Origin: Octopus vulgaris
Taxonomy: Eukaryota
Assembly: GCA_951406725.2 (NCBI GenBank)
Contig: OX597820.1
Coordinates: 11,532,001 to 11,596,000, forward strand
Reading direction: 5' to 3'
Length of the DNA stretch: 64,000 bases
Notes under the pieces: generated by a model
Databases searched by the model: none
The model's input: the letters and a program-made list of their open reading frames with translations, nothing else
Told to the model about the DNA's origin: nothing
Translations under genes and position numbers: made by a program
Shown: in pieces, positions 54,585-64,000 of the stretch
Layout: the number at the start of each line of letters is the position of its first letter
Numbering within the stretch: position 1 is the first letter of the stretch

Positions 54585-54915
54585 TATAAATATATAAAAT
54601 ATAAATTAGAGATAAAACCACTATTATGCAATTCAAACAATGTTAGACATAAACCGAATCAGAAATGAAAAATAAAATATATTTTTATAAAACATATAAC
54701 TAGATCACAAAAAGTATAAAAATGAATAATCAATATATAATAAGTAATAAGTAATAAGTAATATTGATTTTTTTTATTTCTATACTTTTTGTAATCTAGC
54801 TATATGTTTTATAAAAATATATTTTATTTGTTATTTATGTTTTGGTTTATATCTATCATTGTTTGAGTTGCATAATAGTGGGTTTATCTCTAATTCATAT
54901 TTTATATATCTTTTA
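54585..54915. repeat. AT-rich inverted repeat with ~150-bp arms, abutting (TA)n
   Basis: aattagagataaaaccactattatgcaa..tttttataaaacatata.ctagat pairs with atctagctatatgttttataaaaa..ttgcataatagtgggtttatctctaatt. Confidence 0.8.
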
Positions 54916-55001
<86 letters not shown>

Positions 55002-55557
55002 CATGCGTTATACCAAGTATTTTAAATGTTTGCAAGATTAAATGGTTATTTCCAAGTAAGTTCTGGAACGATCGACAACTTAACTGTGAATAAAAATTTT
55101 AAAATGGGAAGAACACTTCTGCTTCCTACTCAGCTAATATTTTGTCTGTGCCGGTTAGTGCCACGTTATATAATTCGTATTTTATCTTTAGGCATTCATA
55201 CTTCTCTCTTTCGCCCGCTGCTTTGCATTGTCACAGACACTGTATCTCGCTTTCTCTCTAAATATAGATGCGAGTTGGTGTGTGGAAGTGTGTTGGGAGG
55301 AAAAGCGGTAGTTTGGCGAAACGATGGGGGTGATATTAATCGTGTTTGTTTGCTGTATTAGCTACCATCACGCATTATCCATCCACATTGTTCTATGTTC
55401 TAATCTAGGAAAGCGTTCGTTTTGCAAGCAGAACCGTTGTAATTTGAAACATTGTCAAAGTGCTTCGTAACGCTGAAGCAAGAGAGTTTATGATTAGGCT
55501 ATTTATCTATTTAGCTGTCGTCCAGCAAATATTAGGAAATTGTGCAGCTGCAAGCAC

Positions 55558-56070
<513 letters not shown>

Positions 56071-56650
56071 CACACACACAAACAGACGTAAGTATACGTG
56101 TGTGGAATGACACAAAGTAACTGACCCAGAGAAGTGATTACTACATCAACTGATAAAGATAAGGCCCAATATGTCGGACGCGTGTTAACCAGAAAAACTG
56201 AAATTTTTAACATTTTTTTCTTATCTGGTCCACACAATTGAGGTCGTGTTAAAATAGCCGTGTATGTATTATACCTAACGCATGTACACTGCTGATAGAT
56301 GTACATAAAACACTTGATTCATCAATGTGAGGGACCCTGGACATCCTTTATTTTGACATCATTGTGTCTCGTCAGCCAAAAGTACTGCGGACTAACAAAT
56401 CTAAAAAATTGTTGCTATCGTTTAAAACTTCAGCAAGCAAATTATTTGCTGATGCGGGCTAATGTCTGCCATTCGATAGAAAATCGTCGTTATGTACGAT
56501 GGGCAGCAAGAACCAACACGATGACTCGCATCTTCTTAACACATACCGACAGATTCGGACGTGAATTCAGGATGCCTTCAGTCAACAAGACACAACGATG
56601 ATGAAACACCGACTGTGCTAAAGACCTTTCGTGCTAATGAACCTTGTGTG

Positions 56651-56953
56651 GGATCTTTTCACTTTGACCGGCAGATTTTTAAAATAATTTCTTTGTAACT
56701 AAACACTTTTAAACTTCGTATACTGGTAGAATGTGTTACATAAACATCTTTTTCTCTTGGTTTTCTTGAGAAAATTCTGTAGTGTGTAAGCTATTTGTTG
56801 TTTAATTTCTTGCATTTCGGCAATTTCAACCAATCAATGACGTCTATTGAGGTGAATACAATATATGTAACACACTACCGGTATACAAAGTTTAAAAGTG
56901 TTTAGTTACAAAGAAATTATTTTAAAAATCTGCCGGTCAAAGTGAAAAGATCC
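56651..56953. mobile_element. MITE with ~79-bp TIRs and 9-bp TSD (Mutator-like)
   Basis: CCTTGTGTG|ggatcttttcactttgaccggcagatttttaaaataatttctttgtaactaaacac ... gtgtttagttacaaagaaattattttaaaaatctgccggtcaaagtgaaaagatcc|CCTTGTGTG. Confidence 0.92.
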
Positions 56954-57829
56954 CCTTGTGTGTTATGGTCACACATTCGTCTGAAAGGAGAAGTTATCTT
57001 CTATAATGAAACATAACAGCGATTAGCACATACAAGTTCGAATTAGCCGTAACGCGTTAGAAATGAATATACAAGTCGTTGGATAAATTAGATCAGCCAT
57101 ATAATCTCTCTTTGTAACCGTTAAATCTAGCAAATGGAAAGTAAGGTTTGGGTAAATCCTCATCCTTTAGTCTAGATCCCTCTTCGGTCATGTCTAACTA
57201 TAGTTCTTTTTTTTTTTTACTCTAGCAAATTCTTCTTCCGGGTGCAAGCCTGGATAACGTTATGTGTGTGTGTCCATGTATGCTAACATGTTATATGAAT
57301 AAAGGTTTAGCTCTAGTTGTATATCCTAGCAAATTTGCCCATCTACGATGGAGGCATAAAATAAGGGAGAGGAGTCATAACAGCAGTATGTATTGAGAAA
57401 TGTGTAAATAGACTTGGTAGATTACTGGGTGATGACTTAATGAAATCACCTTACTGTTGGTGATACAGCATTCTATTGCAGCTATATGACGTGTTTGTGA
57501 CTCAGTGACATGTGAGGACGATTCGCTCTCGAACTGAAATAGGCTCCCAGCCTCTGTATCATGAATGGTTATGTGGACCACTCCTAATGGAAGCCAGAGC
57601 TTCCTTCGGCCACTACATAAAAAGTATTAAGAAAATATATGTTATTTAGATATACTTTTATTTCAGTTGTTTACACTATTTTACGCTTGTTTATACTCTT
57701 AATACATTCAAAGTTCACAAATTTTCTTATTTAAATTATGAATCATAATCCTTTCGATAATATCAATATGATTACAAAACTTCTTTGGAGGCGATATTTT
57801 CTGTTTGGTCTACACTAATTTTCAAATTA

Positions 57830-58285
57830 CTGGACCCCGTTGCTCTACTCATAGCGACGTATAACTGGCCGTGTGTAAAAATACACCTACACGATCTAAA
57901 GTTTGGCCCTGTGCATTGTTTGCTGTGAATGAGCGAACGGAATCTTTAGGAATCTGCCCATCTACAATGGGAAATAAAGGGATAGTTTCGTAAATCTAAA
58001 CCCTCTAAATTCACGAACTATACGGTGGTGGTGGTGGTGGGGGGGTCCACATTTAATGCTCGTCGCCGGAATTTTAACAAAAATAAAATCAAAGGTAATT
58101 TATTAATACAAAACTCAATGTCCACTAAATAATCATACTTTTTCATTTTTTTTTTTTTTTTTCGCTAAAAACCTTCCTGATTACCTCCTTCGTAATCCCG
58201 AAAAATATCGTGACCATTGGTCCAGCCGTTTGACCGTGAAAAGGGAACAGATAGACACACGGACATTACGCCTATTATAGTAAGA
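57830..58285 (-). mobile_element. Probable non-autonomous Helitron of another family
   Basis: Minus strand 5' TCttactataata..tgtccgtgtgtct; 3' hairpin cgtcgcta..agcaacg then CCAG. Confidence 0.55.
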
Positions 58286-58372
58286 TTATATGTATGTGCG
58301 GTGCCGCAACATGGCTACCACCCAATGAATGAAACAAGAAAATAAAGGAAAAAAATATAATCATATATATTG

Positions 58373-58445
<73 letters not shown>

Positions 58446-58678
58446 ACATACACTCACACACACAGAGGTGGTTGTTATTCATTTCCTATAATGGTTTTAG
58501 TTCGGTGTGGTGTAAGACAGAAGCATGCTTACATGTACGTAGGTTAAGAAAAGTAAACAGAAGTGAATGGGTCCTCCATCGATTTCGATGATGACTATTC
58601 AGTTAGCTGTTCGATCCACTGACTACTTATTTAGTCAAGTAGTGAGATCGATATAGTCGTAGAATGCTACGCCGTAAA

Positions 58679-59072
58679 TCTCTCTATATATAAAGCTGAA
58701 ATTGTCTGTGTATGGCAGGTTTGTTAGCTTTCAACTAACACTATCTCCTCCGAGACCCTGCGGCGCAAGTTGACCGAAATTGAGAGTATGATAGAAGAAG
58801 GCTTGCTCTTCCTTCCGTAGAAGAAAAAATTCAAATCGGACCATGTCAACACCAAAGATTATTTACATCAAAAAGGTGCTTTTTTTTCTATGAAAATCCC
58901 TATTTTTTTACGATTTTTTTACTGCTGTGTCGCCATTTTTCGGTGTATTTCAACCAGAAAAATGTTCACTTAAAGAAAATAACAAGCTACATAATGCAAA
59001 ATTTTTACTTTTCAAAAATTCCAATTCTAAAGGGTCGAAACAAACCCGAGCAACGCCGGGCAATACTGCTAG
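58679..59072 (+). mobile_element. Non-autonomous Helitron
   Basis: a|TCtctctatatataaagc ... cccgagcaacgccgggcaatactgCTAG|t. Confidence 0.88.
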
Positions 59073-59429
59073 TAAGTAAATAAATAGATGAGATACATTA
59101 TGCTCGTTCAGTTTCTGGTAAAAGCAGTATTTAAAAAGGGGGGACGTTTAGGAGAAGGCTTAGAAGGAATGAACCTGTGAGGAATGAGGGAATGTTGCTT
59201 TATGCGTGCGTGGTTTGTGGGAGGGGTTGGGTGAGTCGTGTGGGCCTGGTCAGCCATCAGGAATCGAACCATGGTAAATTCTGATATGGCCATTCTTCAC
59301 AACAGGGCCTCACATAGCATCAACATTTCAATCATTCTTTCTAGCAATGGCTTTGCTCGTGTACGAGAAAACAGCTAAGAGTATGTATGTACGTATGTAT
59401 GTATGTATGTATGTATGTATGTATGTATG

Positions 59430-59835
59430 TGTGGTAAGTAGCTTGCTCACCAACCACATGGTTCCGGGTTCAGTCCCACTGCGTGGCACCTTCGGCAAGT
59501 GTCTTCTACTATAGTCTCGAGCCGACCAAAGCATTGTGAGTGGATTTGGTAGACGGAAACTGAAAGAAGCCTGTCGTATATATATGGATATATATATGTA
59601 TGTATGTGTGTGTATATGCTTGTGTGTCTGTATTTGTCCCCCTAACATCGCTTGAAAACAGATGCTGGTGTGTTTACGTCCCCGTAACTTAGCGGTTCGA
59701 CAAAAGAGACCGATAGAATAAGTACTAGGCTTACAAAAAATAAGTCCTGGGGTTGATTTGCTCGACTAAAGGCGGTACTCCAGCATGGCCACAGTCAAAT
59801 GTCTGAAACAAGTAAAAGAGTAAAAGAAAGAGAAA
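59430..59835 (+). mobile_element. SINE family B
   Basis: Near-consensus copy. Confidence 0.9.
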
Positions 59836-60786
59836 GAGTATGTATGTATGTATGTATGTATGTATGTATGTATGTATGTATGTATGTATGTATGTATGTA
59901 TGTATGTATGTATGTATGTATGTGTGTGTATGTATGTGTATGTATGTATGTATGTGTGTGTGTATGTATGTGTGTGTATGTATGTGTGTGTGTGTATGTA
60001 TGTGTGTGTATGTGTGTATGTGTGTATGTATGTATGTATGTATGTATTCCTTGTATATCCTCGTTTATCACGGGTGCTTGGTCTCAAAATCACAGTGTTA
60101 AACGAACCAGCATCAAATGAATAATAGAACATATAGGGACAATTGGTTTCGTTCTGAGACCCCCAAGTTCCCTTGAACATTGTGGATGGCCAGTGAACCA
60201 AGATTTTGTGCTCTAAGCAGATCAATTATGGTAGCCGTTACACTGTTCACAATTGAGCATATTGCGTTATTTCGTATCAGTGATGATTTATACCATCGGC
60301 GATAAATGATGGTATAAATATATATATATGATAGAAAACAATTTCTTAATAATTCATTGTGAAACGATGAAAATAAACAACAGAGCTACTGCTTCGTCCA
60401 TTGGCAAACTTCCTCAAGGAGTGGGAAGGCAGCCAATGTTTTGTTTTGGTGGGGGATCTTCGACGTATTTTCTCTTCTTCGTCTTCTTCTTCTTCGTTCG
60501 TACGGTGATGCATTGCTATTTTAAGAATGATCGAACTGGGGCGAGAAGCAGAAGCAAAAATAATGTGGTCTTCTTCGTCTGCAGGAATATTCGTCTAGTA
60601 TTTTTGCGTGACCTTCAACCAAAACCTACTTTCTATTCTAGTCGTTGTTGTTGTTGTCTTTGTCACATGCTTTTCTACTGCTGCTGCTGCTGCGAGTGTT
60701 GCTATTGCTGCGGTAGCTGCTGCGGCAACAATTGCTGGGAAAGCCGTGAACGTCAAAAACATTGCTTAAATCTAAAATAGTTAAGG

Positions 60787-60835
60787 AACCGAAGATAACC
60801 GAAGATAACCGAAGATAACCGAAGATGGCCGAAGT
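60787..60835. repeat. (ACCGAAGATA)n 10-bp tandem repeat, ~4.5 units
   Basis: Direct inspection. Confidence 0.9.
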
Positions 60836-61129
60836 GCTTTTGATGTTTATTGGTGAAAAATAAATACTATTAAAAAACAGGCTGAATTCGAGGGGCCATA
60901 ACTTCCCACAAAACAGAAGCTACGCCAGTAGTACAAAGCAAAGTAGTGCTGCACAACAAGAACCCATGAAAGTGTATTTTTCATGAGCCCCAGGATTCAT
61001 AAAACCGGCTACCCGTTTTTCATGGCGTATAAGTGACAGGGATCAAAACATCCCCCCCTTAACAGCGTCAAAGCCAGCAATTCTGAGGAGAGAGACGGTT
61101 CGATTTAATAGGCTCCAGAACTTGATTGT

Positions 61130-61520
61130 TGTATGTGTATGTGTGTGTGTGCGTGTATTTGTCACCCACATCCCGCCGCTTGATAACCGGTTTCGGTTTG
61201 TTTACGTTACCATAACTTAGCCGTTCAGAATAAGATAATGACAACATAAGTACCAGACTTAAAAACGCAAAATAAATCCGGGTGGTGGTGGTGGCGGTGG
61301 TGGTGGTGGCTGGTGGTGGCGGTGGTGGTGGTGGTGGTGGTGGTGGTGGTGGTGGTGGTGGCGGTGGTGGTGGTGGTGGTGGTGGTGGTGGTGGTAGTGG
61401 TGGTAGTGGTGGTGGTGGTGGTGGTGGTGGTGGTGGAGGGTGATCTGTTCGACTAAAACCCTTCTAGGCGGTGGCTCCAGCATGACCGCAGTCCAATGAC
61501 AGAAGCAAGTGAAAGAATAT
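61130..61520 (+). mobile_element. 3' half of SINE B with internal (GGT)n expansion (61281-61437)
   Basis: cgcttgataaccgg..taagtacca..aaatcc[ggt]n..gttcgactaaa..ctccagcatgaccgcagtc. Confidence 0.8.
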
Positions 61521-62354
61521 TACAGAAGATATGTTTTGACTCACGGAAACAATTAAGAACCGCCTCCGATTAAAGCAAAATAAAAGGAAAAAAAAGTTCC
61601 ATTGAAACGCTTGACTTTGTCTGAGTGTATTCTACATTAGGAAATCTACGTAGCCAGAACTGGTTTCCCATCGGCATTGGCCCCACTGTTTCCAAAACCA
61701 CCCACGTCAACACACTATGTGATGTGTCAGCATCGTTAAGAATGTGTCAGAACACAAATACGATGTGGTATCCTCGTAAAGAGGGCGTCAGCTTCACAAA
61801 TCGTTTGTCAACGTCGAGACCTTTAAATATTTGCTTTTCTGTTATCTGTTTTAAAGATTTCATTTTTCTCTGAGTACACACAAAGGTGTGTACTTTAGAG
61901 GAATGATGGCGTATATCGTGGGCATATGAGGAAGTGTTAGTGAGAAAAAAAAGAAACTATAGCTTTTGTGAACTTCTACAGGAAACCAGTTACACATATA
62001 ATACTGAGTAAATATGTTAAAGCTTAATTAAATAGCCTGTGAACACTTCCTCTTACCCTGAGATCCTTGGGCACTCATACACACGCTTACATGCATAAAT
62101 TTCTCCTTTTCTCATGATATCTTCTATCTTACAACCTCTTCGTATTTCTTGGTGTCTTCTCCGTCTTTTCTCCTCCATTCTCGTTCATCCTTTTTTTCCC
62201 ATCGCAGCTTCTTTTTCTAAAGGGAAGAAAGGGAGAAGAGAAAGAGAGATAGAGAGACTGGGATAAATGGAGAATTGACAGAACAAAGCTATTCAACTTG
62301 TAGAGTTAAAGTTCGCCGGCAACGAGGGATGAGCATTTTTTCGAGCTTATATGT

Positions 62355-62582
62355 ATTTAATTGCCCACAAGGGGCTAAACATAGAGGAGACAAACAAGGA
62401 CAGACAAAGGGGTTGAGTCGATTATATCGACCCCAGTGCAAAACTGGTATTTTATTTATCGACCCCGAAAGGATGAAAGGCAAAGTCGACCTCGGCGGAA
62501 TTTGAACTCAGAACGTAAACGACAGACGAAATACCGCTAAGCATTTCGCCCGGCGCGCTAACGTGTCTGCCAGCTCGCCGCC
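62355..62582 (-). mobile_element. SINE family A
   Basis: Near-consensus copy. Confidence 0.9.
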
Positions 62583-62889
62583 TTCTTATATGATTTCGAG
62601 CTTATATGATTTCATCAGCAGCATTTTAAGGATTAGAGGAGCTTGACAAATCCTGTGAACATTCTGATGTGAGTGTTAAGGAAATTGAGCCAAGGGATGT
62701 AACTCAGAAAGGCCTGCGGCATGTACGAAGAGATGGTGTAAAGTTCCTGGTTTTAAGGATATCGCGAAAGGCCTGTTTAGGGGCCCAACCTTCTGAGTTT
62801 TTTAATGGGCTTCGAAAAACTGGAGAACCACTGCAGTAAGTGTGTGAATCATAATTAACAGATTCTCCTGTATTTTCTTTTACCAAAGA

Positions 62890-63330
62890 GGCGTAGGAGT
62901 GGCTGTGTGGTAAGTAGCTTACTTACCAACCACATGGTTCCGGGTTCAGTCCCACTGCGTGGCACCTTGGGCAAGTGTTTTCTACTACAGCCTCGGGCCG
63001 ACCAAAGCCTTGTGAGTGGATTTGGTAGAAGAAAACTGAAAGAAGCCCGTCGTATATATGTATGTATGGATTTATATATATATATGTATGTATTTATATG
63101 TGTGTGTGTGTGTGTGTGTGTCTGTGTGTGTATGTTTGTCTGTGTTTGTCCCCCAACATCGCTTGACAACCGATGCTGGTGTGTTTACGTCCCCGTAACT
63201 TAGCGGTTCGGCAAAAGAAACTGGTAGAATAAGTACTAGGCTTACAAAGAATAAGTCCTGGGGTCGATTTGCTCGACTAAAGGCGGTGCTCCAGCATGGC
63301 CACAGTCAAATGACTGAAACAAGTAAAAGG
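62890..63330 (+). mobile_element. SINE family B, full length
   Basis: Near-consensus copy followed by (ATT)n. Confidence 0.92.
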
Positions 63331-63382
<52 letters not shown>

Positions 63383-63839
63383 CTCTTTGCTAGAATTAAA
63401 AACTGAATCTTTTTCATAAGTGCAACTTATTCAGCATTATCGGTTACCATACAAAAATATGACGGGTCAAATAAAAATATGTGAAATATGTATGAGGAAT
63501 GAATGCCATGTAATATAGAAAACCGGATAAAAGCTGGGAATAGAGTTAATTTATCACAGCAAAGGGGAGTGCCCGTTTCCTACTGTTACGGAATGCAGGA
63601 TTGTACAACAAAACAGGCGGCGACAAACACCAACCGCAAAAAATAAACACACATCTAGGTTTTTAACGTCATTTAGGTCTAACCTTTGTCGTATCTTTTA
63701 TCCCATGCGTGTTTCAGTAACTGGATTCCGGTCATACTGGAGCACAGACCTAAAGGGTTTTGATCGAGAAGATCGTCGCCACTTCTTGTTTTTCTTCTTT
63801 TATTTTATTTTTTCTTTTATATATTCCGTACGGTACTTA

Positions 63840-64000
63840 TTCTTTTCTACTCAAGGCAAACGGTTCGAAATTTTCGGGGAGGGGGCCAGTTGATTAGATC
63901 GACTTCAGTACACAACTGGTACTTAATTTATCGACTCCGAAAGGACGAAAGGCAAAGTTAACATCGGCGGAATTTTAACACAGAACGTAAAGACAGATGA
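63840..64000 (-). mobile_element. SINE family A, runs off window end
   Basis: aactggtacttaatttatcgac.ccgaaagga.gaaaggcaaagt. Confidence 0.85.

Noticed and set aside
60328-60780. 150-aa Cys-rich ORF
   Set aside because: Cys runs come from (TGC)/(TGT) repeats; no recognisable domain

Overview
AT-rich eukaryotic non-coding DNA with no intact host protein-coding gene, rRNA, true tRNA or CRISPR array. The repeat content suggests an octopus or other coleoid cephalopod intron or intergenic region (inference from the SINE families). It is almost entirely microsatellites, at least five tRNA-headed SINE families, non-autonomous Helitrons (one keeping a PIF1-type helicase fragment), Tc1/mariner, pogo and RTE-LINE relics, MITEs and a ~4.3-kb 29-bp satellite. 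Two things stand out. (1) About a dozen type I hammerhead-ribozyme motifs with palindromic stem III (best at 38767-38852 and 3684-3770) lie in several unrelated short non-coding elements that abut (TA)n tracts and often form inverted pairs; one family is a tRNA-headed SINE with a hammerhead in its tail. This looks like a Penelope/retrozyme-type system. (2) A 19.1-kb segment (23411-42555) is bounded by 265-bp ~95% identical terminal inverted repeats and an 8-bp target duplication, and appears to split a SINE: a giant non-autonomous Mutator/Foldback-like element. All alignments and folds were done by eye, and most repeat boundaries are approximate.
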